Shown here piece after piece: positions 9,555-22,100 of a stretch of DNA of 64,000 nucleotides (its first letter is position 1; each line of letters opens with the position of its first letter). The notes below the pieces were generated by a model. That model worked only from the letters and a program-made list of their open reading frames with translations. It had not been told where the DNA came from and did no database searches. Origin of the DNA: Candidatus Magasanikbacteria bacterium GW2011_GWC2_37_14 (GTDB lineage Bacteria > Patescibacteriota > Patescibacteriia > Magasanikbacterales > UBA922); contig LBSX01000003.1 of NCBI GenBank assembly GCA_000990355.1, positions 21,489 to 85,488 of the forward strand, read 5' to 3'. The position numbers and the translations under genes were made by a program.

Positions 9555-10157
9555 ATGAAGTCTGTGCTGCCTCAGAAAAGACTTGCGCCAGGAACAGGAG
9601 CTATTCTTGCTGACGGCAACTGGCGTTGCCGTTGCTTGAGCAAGAACGTTCATCACGACCTGTTCGGCTACTGCAAGCTCTGCCGTACTACCAAGCCCCC
9701 TCCGGGGAAAGTGAAAGGAGGCATTGGCACAGCCTTGGATCACTGGCGTTGGCAGTGCTCGTGCACCAACAAGGTGCACGACTGGGACATAACCAAGTGT
9801 CCTATCTGCACCTACACCAGGCCGAAAGGTCGTCCGGAGGAAGTGAAGCAGTTCGGTCAATGGCATACCCACTACACTTGGCGCTGCAAGTGTGGCAAGA
9901 AACACTGCCAGCACAATGCCTCGGTGCCTAGTTGTCAGCACTGCCACTGCTGTCGTCCCGACGAATCCAGCCAGCCACCGGAGAAGATAAAACAAGAAGA
10001 GCCTCGCGCTAGTTCGACGTCCAAGAATCAGTGGCTGGATCGCTACTCTTGGGAGTGTGCCCAAGGGCACGTAAACAGCTCTTCAGAACCAGAGTGTTGG
10101 TGCCACAGAGGGGGAAGTCGTCCTCCTTTGGCCGACAGGCCAGATCCACAGTTCTAG
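9555..10157 (+). CDS. Cys/Trp-rich protein with four WxCxC...CxxC zinc-ribbon repeats (RanBP2-like)
   Basis: WRCRC..CKLC, WQCSC..CPIC, WRCKC..CQHC, WECAQGH..CWC; GGGAG upstream; own TTGACA promoter at 9483. Confidence 0.65.
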   Translation: MKSVLPQKRLAPGTGAILADGNWRCRCLSKNVHHDLFGYCKLCRTTKPPPGKVKGGIGTALDHWRWQCSCTNKVHDWDITKCPICTYTRPKGRPEEVKQFGQWHTHYTWRCKCGKKHCQHNASVPSCQHCHCCRPDESSQPPEKIKQEEPRASSTSKNQWLDRYSWECAQGHVNSSSEPECWCHRGGSRPPLADRPDPQF

Positions 10158-10324
10158 CAGCTGAGAAGGATGGTCAACATGCATAAGTCACGTTCTCCGC
10201 CCTAATCTGGGGGAGGGCGCGCAAGAAACTTCAACGTGTCGCCTTCTTTATTTCTCAATTTGGGAAGTAGAGAAGGGAGATTTTACACGTTGGAGTTTTT
10301 TGTTTTTTTGTTGTACACTAATAC

Positions 10325-10393
10325 TGTCATGCTGAATTTATTTCAGCATCTCTCTTAAAATAAAAAAGATCCTGAAATAAATTCAGGATGACA
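10325..10393. repeat. TGTCAT...ATGACA palindromic miniature element
   Basis: tgtcatgctgaatttatttcagcatct...agatcctgaaataaattcaggatgaca; further copies at 43150, 43313, 51286 and 51788. Confidence 0.9.
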
Positions 10394-10400
10394 GATTGTT

Positions 10401-11369
10401 ATGATTGACGGTTTAAAAAAATCAATTCTAAAAACCCTCGCCTATTTTGATATTTTTAATCATCCCTTAACCAAAGAGGAACTGTTTAGATACTTACTGA
10501 TTACGGATAATTCTGATTTACGGATAAAATATACTGATTTTATAAAACAGTTAGATGGCTTGCCCGGCGAAGTCCGCCCATGGCGGACGAAGTCGGGGTT
10601 TTATTTTTTACCTGGGCAGGAAAAAAATGTAGCTACACGACAAGCGCGGGTGAAAATTTCAGAACAAAAAATGAAAATTGCCGTACGAGGAATAAAAAAA
10701 ATTGCTTGGGTGCCTTTTGTCCGAGCGGTGTTTGTTTGCAATACTATTGCCATGGGTGTGGCCGAAGAAAATAGTGACATTGATGTTTTTATAATTGTAA
10801 AAAAGAATCGAATTTTTTTGGCACGTGCTTTGGCGACGCTAATCTTAAGTTTGTTTAGAATACGTCGGACTAAAAATAAAATTAATAACAGAATTTGCTT
10901 GAGTTTTTATGTAGCCGATGACCAACTTAATTTAGAAAAAGTCGGGATAAAAGATGACGTGTATTTGATCTATTGGTTAAACAATTTAATTCCAGTGTAC
11001 GACCCAGAAGGTTTACACAAGAGTGTTGTAAAAGCCAACAAATGGGTAGAAAGATATTTAATAAATAGTCTACAGTTATTTGTAACCAGTAGACAGTGGA
11101 AAGTGGACAATGGAAAAGTTGGTAAGTTTTTTAAGAAAATTTTAGAAAAAGTTTGGGGTGCAAAGTATGGTGATTTAATAGAAGCCCAGGCCAAAGGCGC
11201 GCAATTAGCCAAAATGAAAATGAATTATAATAGTGCACAAAATATTCCTGATACTCGAGTGATTGTCTCTGATTCAATGCTTAAATTTCATGAAAATGAT
11301 CGGAGAGAAGAATATAGAGAGAAGTGGTTGGAGAAATGTAGAGAAATTTCTAATTCACCTAATTTCTAA
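10401..11369 (+). CDS. Nucleotidyltransferase-domain protein
   Basis: PFVRAVFVCNTIAMG...SDIDVFIIV is a Pol-beta-superfamily-like signature. Confidence 0.65.
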   Translation: MIDGLKKSILKTLAYFDIFNHPLTKEELFRYLLITDNSDLRIKYTDFIKQLDGLPGEVRPWRTKSGFYFLPGQEKNVATRQARVKISEQKMKIAVRGIKKIAWVPFVRAVFVCNTIAMGVAEENSDIDVFIIVKKNRIFLARALATLILSLFRIRRTKNKINNRICLSFYVADDQLNLEKVGIKDDVYLIYWLNNLIPVYDPEGLHKSVVKANKWVERYLINSLQLFVTSRQWKVDNGKVGKFFKKILEKVWGAKYGDLIEAQAKGAQLAKMKMNYNSAQNIPDTRVIVSDSMLKFHENDRREEYREKWLEKCREISNSPNF

Positions 11370-11375
11370 TGTCAA

Positions 11376-12797
11376 ATGAAATTTTCAATATCTAATATTT
11401 TGAATATTTTGTTAAAAGTTTTTCTTTTTCTCTTGCCTTGGCAAACGATTTGGATTTATCGTGAGTCTTTTTTGGGTGGTGTAAAATGGGAATATGGCAC
11501 GTTAGGGTTTTATGCTACAGAAATTTTGTTATGGATTATTGTGGTGGTATTTATGATTTGGTATATAAAAAAGTTTAGAGTTCAGAGTTCAAAGTTCAAA
11601 GTTCGTGTGACTAAAGATAGAGTATTTTTGTTTTCAGTCTTATGTCTTATATCTTATGCCATTATTTCTGCTTTCTGGGCGTCGGATAGAGATTTGGCTT
11701 GGCAACAGGGTTTACGAATTTTGGAAATGTTTTTATTATTTTTTGTTTTATATTTAGGACCAGTGGATTTTAAATTAACAGTAAAATGGTTGGTCTTAGG
11801 AGCAATAATCCCTAGTCTTTTGGGTATTTGGCAATTTTTAACGCAGACAACTTTTGCTTCTACTTTGTTTGGTTTAGCCGTTCATCCTGCTTGGCAATCA
11901 GGCACCTCAATTATTGCTAGTGAAACTATTGGCCGATGGCTTCGGGCTTATGGACCTTTTAGTCATCCCAATGTTTTTGGGGGGTATTTAGTGATTGTTT
12001 TGTGGCTGTCATTGCGAGGAGGAGCTCGCGCGACAACGAAGCAATCCCCTGGTGATTTAGAAAAAATAAAAAATATTAATTTACTTGGGATTGCTTCGTC
12101 AGCCGATGCGAATCGGCTTCCTCGCAATGACATGTTTTTCTATCTTACATCTTATGTCCTATGTCTTACATCTTTGTTTTTTACTTTTAGCCGTTCGGCT
12201 TGGTTGGCACTGTTAATTGGATTAGTTGTTTTATGTTGGCGAAACCTCTCCCAACCAGGGAAAGCCTGCCTGCCGGCGAGGCAGGGGTGGGGTCTGTTTT
12301 TAATTATGCCAGTGGTTTTATTTTCTTTGTTGTCCTTTATTTTTTTTCCACTTCTCCAAACTCGTACTAGTAATTCTACTATTTCCGAAACACGTTCAAT
12401 AACCGAAAGAACTACTGGCTATAGAGAAGCTTGGCAAATGATTAAACAAAATCCTGTTTTGGGAGTAGGAGCAGGTAATTACACGGTTGCCTTGTGGAGA
12501 ATGGATAAGTGGCGACCAGTTTGGGAATTACAGCCAGTACACAATGTGCTGTTATTATTTATTGCAGAGTTAGGTTTTGTAGGTGTTGGGTTGTTTTTGT
12601 TAGTAATATTAACATTTTTCAGTTTTCAGTTAACAGATAGCAAATATCAACTACGTTGTTATCTGTTATCTGTTATCTGCATTTTGCCCTTACTGTTATT
12701 TGATCACTACCTCTATTCCTCTTACTTTGGTTTGATGTTAAGTACAGTATTTTTTGCTTTATTTTTAAAAAGTGACACACAGTCTCTCCCCAGTTAA
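11376..12797 (+). CDS. O-antigen ligase family (Wzy_C/PglL-like) membrane protein
   Basis: RAYGPFSHPNVFGGY, FTFSRSAW, PVLGVGAGNY, PVHNVLL; multiple TM segments. Confidence 0.88.
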   Translation: MKFSISNILNILLKVFLFLLPWQTIWIYRESFLGGVKWEYGTLGFYATEILLWIIVVVFMIWYIKKFRVQSSKFKVRVTKDRVFLFSVLCLISYAIISAFWASDRDLAWQQGLRILEMFLLFFVLYLGPVDFKLTVKWLVLGAIIPSLLGIWQFLTQTTFASTLFGLAVHPAWQSGTSIIASETIGRWLRAYGPFSHPNVFGGYLVIVLWLSLRGGARATTKQSPGDLEKIKNINLLGIASSADANRLPRNDMFFYLTSYVLCLTSLFFTFSRSAWLALLIGLVVLCWRNLSQPGKACLPARQGWGLFLIMPVVLFSLLSFIFFPLLQTRTSNSTISETRSITERTTGYREAWQMIKQNPVLGVGAGNYTVALWRMDKWRPVWELQPVHNVLLLFIAELGFVGVGLFLLVILTFFSFQLTDSKYQLRCYLLSVICILPLLLFDHYLYSSYFGLMLSTVFFALFLKSDTQSLPS

Positions 12798-12875
12798 TGC
12801 ACATTTTATACACTATTTTGCCTTCCTGCCGGTAGGCAGGGCTAAAATTAGCCATTTTTTTTATTTAGAATAACT

Positions 12876-12904
12876 TTGACAGTATCTTAAAATTAGGATA
12901 TACT
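12876..12904 (+). promoter_or_regulatory. Sigma70 promoter upstream of hairpin RNA candidate
   Basis: TTGACA-17 nt-TATACT. Confidence 0.8.
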
Positions 12905-12910
12905 TACTTT

Positions 12911-13066
12911 ATTAAGAGCTTAGAGTAGGTAACAAGCTCGCATTGTTCGCCAGCGATTTCGTGTTACTGACAGGCATCATGAAATCATATCTGGACGGCA
13001 TATTGGGCTTGTTACCTACCCTGGGTTTTTATAAACAGCTTAAACTATAGGCTGTTTTATTTTTTT
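12911..13066 (+). ncRNA. Candidate structured small RNA (long rod-like hairpin plus terminator)
   Basis: gtaggtaacaagctc/gggcttgttacctac outer stem; ccag/ctgg and gatttcgtg/catgaaatc inner stems with G-U pairs; terminator aaacagc..gctgttt-T-run. Confidence 0.55.
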
Positions 13067-13104
13067 ATGCTATAATTAATTTGTAAAATTTAATTTATTT
13101 ATCT

Positions 13105-16100
13105 ATGTCTTCTAGCCAGAAAATTTTTTTAGGTTATTTTCAAAAAATAACTTTGGTTTTTGTTTTTGTCTTAATAGGAGTTTTGTTTCCACAGGTTTTT
13201 GGTTTAAAAATAAGTGAATCCAAGGCCGTTACTTTTAGTAGTTCGGCTTTAATTAGTGAAGATTCTCCAGGAGTCAAAGACATGGTAAAACTAAAAAAGA
13301 TTAATGGCATATATTATTTAATTAATAAACCAAGTGGGTCTGGACCACTCAAAATGGCCACTTCTTCCGATGGAATAAACTGGAGTTCTTTTTCTAACAT
13401 TGCCAATGGAATTAATTCTGATTATGATTTTGGTTATTATGCCAATGGCGGATATTTTTATGCTGTTTTTTCCAATTTTAACTATACTGATGGGGCTAGC
13501 AGTGAAATAGTAATTACTACTTCATCGGATGCAATTACCTGGTCGGCCACTTCTACTGCTGTTAGTGTTATTGGCGATGGTGGCCCAATTTATTTATCAG
13601 TTTTATCGTCTAGTAATTATTTAACTTTGGCTTATACCAGAGACTTCCCTTTGTCAAAAAATTATGAGTTTCTTTTGGCGACATCTACTAATGGTATTAG
13701 TTGGAGTACATCAACAATTGCTACAGAATTGGAATTAATGGTAGAGGGATTTGTGGCAGATAGTGACGGTAGTATGCATGCTCTTTACAGCTATATATCA
13801 GATGAAAATTATAACACCAGCACTGAAGTATATTTAGAATACGCTAAATCAACTGATGGGGGTGTTACCTGGAGTACTAGTACTTTTGGTAGAACTGATT
13901 ATCAGTTTTACTCTTCAGATCGTACTGCTGCCATTGCCATTGACAGTAATGGTAATCCTGGGGTAGTTTATTACACCATTGATGAGATTGACGAACCAAA
14001 TAGCTGCACTTGGGATGTTGAAGGTGAAGAATGGACGGGGGACTGTAATGTTACTACTTCTATTCGTTATGCTAAATATTCTGGCTCTGCCTGGGCTTCT
14101 TCTACTGTGGTTACCTTTCCATTATTAATTGCTGATACAAGTTATGGTTTAGGTATAAAACCAAGCCTAACTTTTGCCGAAAATAATGAAGCGTTATTTG
14201 TTGGTGCTGGCTCTAATTTTTATCCTTATTTAATTACTAATACTAATACTTTAGATATCAACCAATTTACTATTACTCAAATTGATAGTAAGGCGATGGA
14301 TGGTTATTCACCATGGGATTCGGGTGTAAGTATGATTTTTAATACTAATACTTTGGGAGTTGATATTGCATTTATTGGTGATGACGGGTCGAGTACTGAT
14401 CGAGATGTTTTTTATACCACCAGCACAGCAGTAGTAGCACCTGTATCTCCTACTGGTCTCACTGCCACTCCAAGCACCACTACCCAGATTGATCTAACTT
14501 GGAATTCTACCGGTGGCGCCACTAGTTATATTTTATATGGCAGTGAAGATAATTTTTCTACCACTTCAACTGTAACTACTACTGCTTCAACAAGTTACAG
14601 TGACACTGGTTTGACTGCTAGCATTACTTATTATTATAAAATTGCGGCGATAAATGAGATTGGCACGGGTGTGGCGTCAGCATCGGTTAATACGACCACA
14701 TTGGCAGATGCTCCTGCTTATGATGGCAACCTTCCTTTGGTCAGCAATGATGCTAAAACCAAGTTACTTTGGGTTAATGATGTCTATTATTATGCTTTTT
14801 CTAGTTCTACCGGTAGTGATTATAATGTTTATCTTACTACTTCTACCAATGGTGGGACTGGCACTTGGAGCGAACCCCAATTAATTTTTGCCAGTGTAAA
14901 ACCCACAGTTGGTGGTTCACAAAGTGACAATGGCTTATTTGCCTTTGAATACAATTCATTTGGTAACTATTTTGGTGTTGCTGCTTTTGCTTCTTCTACA
15001 TTCGGTGCGGGTGGTACCTATGAAGTTTGGTTTAGTTCTTCCACAAATGGTTCATCTTGGTCTGCTACTAGTACTGTAGCGAGTGGTTTACCTAGTTCGG
15101 ATGCCGAAAGGCAAATTTATATGGATTTTTCTAGTCAGGAGGAATTTGTTGGTGTTTTTGTAAAATCTACGTTTGGGACTAACTACAAAGTTTATTATTC
15201 TACGAGCACAGGTTCGTCTTGGGACAATAGCGGAGCTTTGACATTTGAAACAGATACTTACCCTGTTTCACTTGGTTTTGGTATATCCGGCACTGGTGTC
15301 TCTCGTCAATTTCATACGGCTTATTATGGTACAAGTGGGAATTTTGATATTATTTATGCTTCTTCTACGGATAATGTTGGTACAAGTTGGACGACCACCA
15401 CAGTTGCTAGTAATGTTTCTATTAGTTTGCCTGGTATTGGAGATGTTCGTTTTTCATATCTAAATAGTTTTACTTTGGATGATAATGGTTTACCGGGTTT
15501 AATATATTATGACATTACTACCAGCACTCCTGATTATCACACAACTTCTAGCCTTATTTATGCCAAGAGAGATGGTAATAGTGTCTGGACGTCTGAGACA
15601 ATAGCTGATGATATAAGCATCACTCTCGTTAGTCATTATTATTTTGAACCAGCCAATCTGACTTTTTACGACACTGACAAGCCGATTATTTTTACTAGTG
15701 AGAGTAATTTATATCCAATGGCTATTGTTAATACCAGTTCGCAGTGGAGTAGTCTTTTTGAAGGTGGATCTGCCATGGGGGATTTTACAGAATTGTCTTC
15801 GGCTTATAATACTACGAGTGAATTTTGGGCGGGATCATATGTAACAGCCGATGGTCAATTATATTTTGTGACGAGTAGCTTGACCTCGTTAGTAGTTATC
15901 CCAGATACTCCTACTGGTCTCACTGCCACCCCAGTTTCTTCAGTACAAATAGATTTAACTTGGAACAGCTCTGCTGGGGCAACTAGCTATGTTTTATATA
16001 GTGCCACAACTAGTGGTTTTGTTGTTACAACCACTGTTACTACCACCGCTTTGACGAGTTTTAGCAATACTGGTTTAACTGCTTCTGCACAATATTATTA

Positions 16101-19100
16101 TAAAGTGGCGGCCGCGAACGCCATTGGTACAAGTATTTCATCAATGGCGGTTAACACTACAACTTTAGCTGGGGCGCCCGCTTATGGTGGTAATCTTCCT
16201 GTTCTGCCTGCCAATTCAATACAGAAATTAGTTTATGCCAACAGTTTATATTATTTAGCCTTTACAAGCAGTACTGGTGGTCTCTGGGATATATATATAA
16301 CCACTTCAACCAATGGTGTGTCTGGAACATGGAGCGAACCAATATTAATAAGTCCAGAAATAGTTAAAATTGACGATAATGGCCCTCAATTTTTTGATTT
16401 TATATTTAATACCACAGCCAATAATCTTGGCTTGGTCTATATCGCCAGTACAACAGGAATAACATATTTTACCACTTCAACCAATGCTATTTCCTGGTCT
16501 ACAGGAGTAAATACTATGTCACCCGTTGGTGGTTATTTCAATTTTGATTATAAAGGTGACAATGTTTTAGTCGTTTCAAAGAATAATACACTAAATGTTC
16601 ATAGTTCACAGTCTTCTTATTCTACTGATGGTGGTTCTAGTTGGGTGACTTCAGCAGTATTTTCCAGAGATGTGAGTGGGGCTGGTGACCCTAGTGGTGC
16701 AATTTTAGGTGCTCAAATTGGTGGTGATGGGAGCGTTCACATGCTGTATTTTAGTAGTGGCGACGGCGGGGCTACTCCCCACCAACTCATTTATGCTTCA
16801 TCCACTGACAATGGTGTTAGTTGGGTAGATACTACGGTTGGTACAGAAATTGGAAATGATGGCCTTGGCTTGGAATGGGGTACATTGAGCTTGGATTCTA
16901 ATGATGATCCGGGTGTATTGTATGCAGAGGCGAATGATTTTGATGGTAGTAACATCACCACTACCATCAGACTGGCCAAACGTTCTACCCTTGGAGTATG
17001 GGCAACCTCAACGATATATTATCCGGCATCGGCAACTGGTGTTTCTGGTTTTCCAAAATATCCAAAATTAGAATTTATCGGTAGTGATTATCCTTTGGCT
17101 TTTCATTTTGGTAATAACTATAACCCAGTTTGGTCTGTAAGCACTACTACTGATCCGTATGTATATACTAATAATACACTAAATGAAGATGTAGTTGGTA
17201 ATAACACTTCACTTGGTTTGGTTTATACTACCAGTACAGAGATAGTGGGCATGTCATATATTGATAATGCAGGGCAGTTATATTTTGCGACCAGTAGTTT
17301 AACATTGCCAGCAGGCATTCCTGCTACACCAACTGGACTTACCGCCACTCCAATTTCCGCTACTCAAATTGATGTGGCTTGGGATAGTTCTGTTGGGGCG
17401 ACTAGCTATAATCTTTATGCTAGTTCGGATAATTTTGTGGCTGATAATAATTTGGTTACAACCACTGTGTTAACTAGTTATAGTCATACGGGTATTCCTG
17501 CGAATTTTACTGTATATTATAAAATTTCAGCTGTAAATGCGTATGGAGAAAGCGCTAGTTCAACTGCTGTTAGCACTACTACTTTATCGGATATTATAGC
17601 CTTTGATGGTAATCTTCCTGCTGTTCCCGGCAATCTTTCTAACACAAAATTATTATACGTAGATAATTTGTATTATTTGTTTTTTACCAGTACCACTGTT
17701 ACCAGTAGTTTTGATCTTTACTTAACTACATCTACTAACGGTGTAGCTGGCACTTGGAGCGAACCGCAGATTATTTTTTCTGAAATGCCGGTCTTTGAAA
17801 TGGATCAGGCAATTGCTACGTTTGGTGCGGAATACAATTCAACTGCCGGCTATCTAGCTTTTTCAGCCATTTCTTCTAGTACAGGGCATATCATTGTGGC
17901 CACTTCTACTAATGGTGTGACTTGGGGTCAAGTGGATACTGGATTAGTGGGGACTTATGGCAATATTATCAACGGCATGAGTTTTGCTTCTGGTACTAAT
18001 TTTGGAGTGGTAGCTTATGATTTTACTAGTTATTTATATTCAACGGATAATTGGCAGACAATTAATACAAGTACAATACCGGTTAATTATGATGATGGTG
18101 GTTTTGTGAGTGGAATTAATGCTTACTACCCTGGTAGTGGTTCGGTGATTGTACAAGCTGTCTATGGTACGACAGCCACTACGACAGACTATATTTTTGT
18201 AACCACTACCAATCATGTAGATTTTGGTACCACCACTTTGGTAACTGGTTTGGATGGAGGCATATGGAATAATAGTTTTGCTGTTGATAGCAGTGGCAAC
18301 GCTGGGTTTGTTTATGTAACTAGTACTGTTGCTAAATTTTTGTATCACAACACAGATGGTTCTTGGAGTACTAGTAATTTGGGTGTGGGGCATCAAGTAG
18401 GTAAGTTTGATTTACAGTTTTTTAACGGTGCACCCTTCGCGGTTTATGCAGGAGCTTACGATTTAGCCGTCTTTGCTTATAGCACAAGTTCACCATATGT
18501 TTTTACAGAAATTACAGATATTGGTGCTGGTAAGACAGTGGGGTCAAATACTAAGATGTCCACAGTGTATGATGATGCCACCAACATTGTAACCGCAGTT
18601 TTTGCTACTGCCAGCAATACATTAATGTTTGTAACTACGAGTTTAGACTTGGCTGTAAGTAGTGGTAGTGCCCCCATCGCTCCTTCCGGACTTGGTACGG
18701 TGGTAGCTACTTCTAGCATAACTATATCTTGGGCTGACAATTCCAGTGATGAAGATGGTTTTGTTATCCAACAATCACTAAATGGCGTTGAATATTCTAC
18801 AATCGCAACCGTATCAGCCAATATTACTTCCACAGTTATAAGTTCACTATACCCTAATACTCGTTATTGGGAGAAAGTGGCGTCCTATAATACTTCTGGT
18901 ACTTCCACCTATACAGCCAGTAATGATGACTACACCAATCCAGTAGCTCCTGGCACACCGACTATTTCCAATGTTTCCACCTCAACACTAACAGCCACTT
19001 GGTCAGATAATTCCAATGGTTCCGGTACTGTCTATTATGTTAATTATACTGGTGGTTTCGTCACTACCTCAGCTACCACCACTAATATTACTGGTCTTAC

Positions 19101-22100
19101 CCCTAATACTGAATATACTTTTGCTGTCCGAACTCAATATTTAAGTAGTTCAACTTTGTATACTAGTTATTCGGCTTCTAGCACACCCACGACAACATTA
19201 TCTGCTGGTTCTGTTCCGAATGCCCCTACTGACATTGTCGTTACCAACATCACCACTTCCACCATGGATATATTATGGACAGATAATTCTTCTGATGAAG
19301 ATGGATTTACTTTAGATTATTCTATCGATGGTGTGTCAAGTTGGATCAGTGGTACGACCACAGAATACACAGTTGTTGTTGACTCTCTTTTACTCAATAC
19401 TCAATACTGGTTTAGAGTGGCGGCCTATAATTCATTTGGTACTTCTACGTTTGTGACAAGTACTGGTGATTATACCAACCCGGTAACTCCTGGCACACCA
19501 ACTATTTCCAACGTTTCAACATCTTCTGTCACCGCCACTTGGTCAGATAGTAGTAACTACGCCGGCACAGTATATTATGTTAATTACGCTGGTGGTTTCG
19601 TCACAACCTCAGCTACTACTACTAATATTATTGGTTTAACACCCAACACTGAGTATACTTTTGCTGTCCGCGCGCAATATTTAAGTAGTTCAACTTTGTA
19701 CACAGAATATTCTGCCTCTAGTACTCCACCAACCACCACTTTAAATGTGGTAGCACCAGAAGCCAGTTTTGATCTTACTATTGGTCAATATGACAACTTG
19801 TTTGCTGCAGCCAGTGGTACTAGTTGGACTTTTGACGTAACTTTTGATTCAGCTCTAGATGAAGGGGATGTAATTCAGTTTATTTGGCCCTGGATGGAAA
19901 ACAGTGATAATTTTAATTTGGATAACACCAGTGTCTCAGCCACAGACGTAACTCTTTATCGTCATTATGATCCGTTTGGTGGCGGTCAAGATGAAGGTGT
20001 GGAACGTTATCATGACGAAGGTACTAACGAAGAAAAATTTTATGGTTATTTGAACAGTAGTCTAAGTGCTGGTTCTAGTATTAGTATTACTTTTGCTGAT
20101 GTGATAAATCCTTACCCATTTAGTGGTAATGGTGGTAGTGGTTTTAGCAATTTACCAATTTATGTAAAAGCTGGTACTCCAGAAGAAATGATGCCAGGTG
20201 GTTCTTTGACAGTAGAAAAATTCTCCACTAGTACCGCAATTTCTCTTGTTAAGGGTGGTGGAGTGATCGTGTCTGATTATAATTCGGGTATTTCTGCTTC
20301 TTCTTATGCTACCAGTACTGAAGCCTCTTATACTTTTGCTTTTACAGCTACTAGCAGTATTCCCAATGGCGGTAATATTGTAGTAGTGATGCCAACGGGA
20401 TTTGATATTTCTGGAGCTTATTTAAGCGGTGATCAAAATATTAATGGGGCCGGAGCGACCGTTTCGAGTACTGCTATTACTACTTCTACTTATCACGATA
20501 TGCAAAGAATTTTTTTGGCGATAAGTAATACTTCCACCAGTCCGGGAGATACCATTACGGTAACTATTGATGGTCTTATCAATCCTAGCAGTAAGGGGGT
20601 TTATCGTGGACTTTATGTCTATACTGCGGAGGGTAATGACGGTTTAATTGACGGTAGTATTGGTGGTTTTGATCCTAGTGAATATGATGGACCACCACCA
20701 GTGGATACCATACATATTGGCGGAGACAATGATATTAGTGTTACTGTTTATAAAGACAATGGTGGCGTTATAACTTTACTTAGTGAAGAGGAAGCGGCTT
20801 TGCTAAAAATTGGTATGGATTGTCCAGATCGGAAGTTTTATGTTGGTAGTCGTTATTTGAATGCTTCAGCTACTGCTAGTTTCCAGAATTTATTGGATTG
20901 TAATTATGCTGTTTGGGTAGAACCAATCAACGAGGATCAAGAAACTATGGCAAGTTTTATGATGAGTTATTTGCCACCAGCTAGAAAGATGATTCAGGCA
21001 ACAGATGGAGCGTCTGTTTCTAGCACTCTTACTTTTGGTCTTCCCGATGCAGTGCTTACCTTGTCACTTAGTAATTTACCGGCAAATTATGATAGTTGGA
21101 TTAGCGCCTATGCTTATTCTGACAAATACATGGGTTTTTCGCCAGTATTTACTGACACCAGTTATACTACTCCAGGTACCAATGGTAGCGGAGTAGGTTA
21201 TGTGAGAATAAATGTTAAACAAGGTGAAAATTGGAAAGTAGGAATTGAAGGTGAAAGTGTTTCTTATAGTGGAAATAATTATTGGCCACCAACTTTTTCC
21301 TCTGCTTATATTGGTAGTTCCACAGTCGCTCTAGGTGATTTTCCTTATATATTAGCAGACAAGACTTTGACAGTGTCTTTGTTGGATAGTGGTAATGATA
21401 ATCCAGTAACGGACGCTTGTGTATCAGTCACACAGTCTAATAGTGGTGGATTTTTTGGGAAATCACAAGGAAATATCTGCCAACCTAACAGTGGTAATAA
21501 TTATGTATTCAAAGTGCCTCAAGGTTCAGTGGTGGTAAATGTTGAGAGATTTGGTAGTAAGATGCAGCAATATCCAGTGTCAGTAGGAGCTTTGGGAGCA
21601 ACTAAGGAAATATATATGGAGGCGCCAGATAATTATATAGCTGTGACCGTGGAAGATAGTGATGGCAACCCTGTAAATGGTGCTGGTGTTTTTGCTTATG
21701 GCCAAGGTGGTCATGCCGAGGGTATGACTGGCACTGCTGGAACTACCACCCTTTATCTTAACTCAGGTATTTATTCAGTAGAAGCTTTTGTACCAGGGTT
21801 TGGACAGCTTACTCGTCAAACGAATATTACTGTTTCAGAAGAAATTAACCCTGCAGTAACTTTTACTTTAAATTCTGGAAGCTTTGAACAAATTTCTGGT
21901 AGAATATATTATGATCTAAACAGTAATGATCAATATGACGATGGTATAGATACGCCAGTAAGCCAAATGAAAATGGGGGCCGGAAGTGATGATGGAACAA
22001 ATAATGGCGGTGGAGCAGAAACTGCTGATGATGGTACTTATACTATTTATGTGCCAAGCACTGGCAACTATAATGTTAGTGGTTGGTCAAAAAATACTGG

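Noticed and set aside
9406-10298. Cassette 3' stems as classical integron attC sites
   Set aside because: No RYYYAAC/GTTRRRY ends and no integron integrase in the window; kept as an unexplained structure instead.
18931-19740. Near-identical repeat pair as DGR TR/VR
   Set aside because: Both copies are in-frame FN3 domains of one gene and the differences are not confined to adenines.
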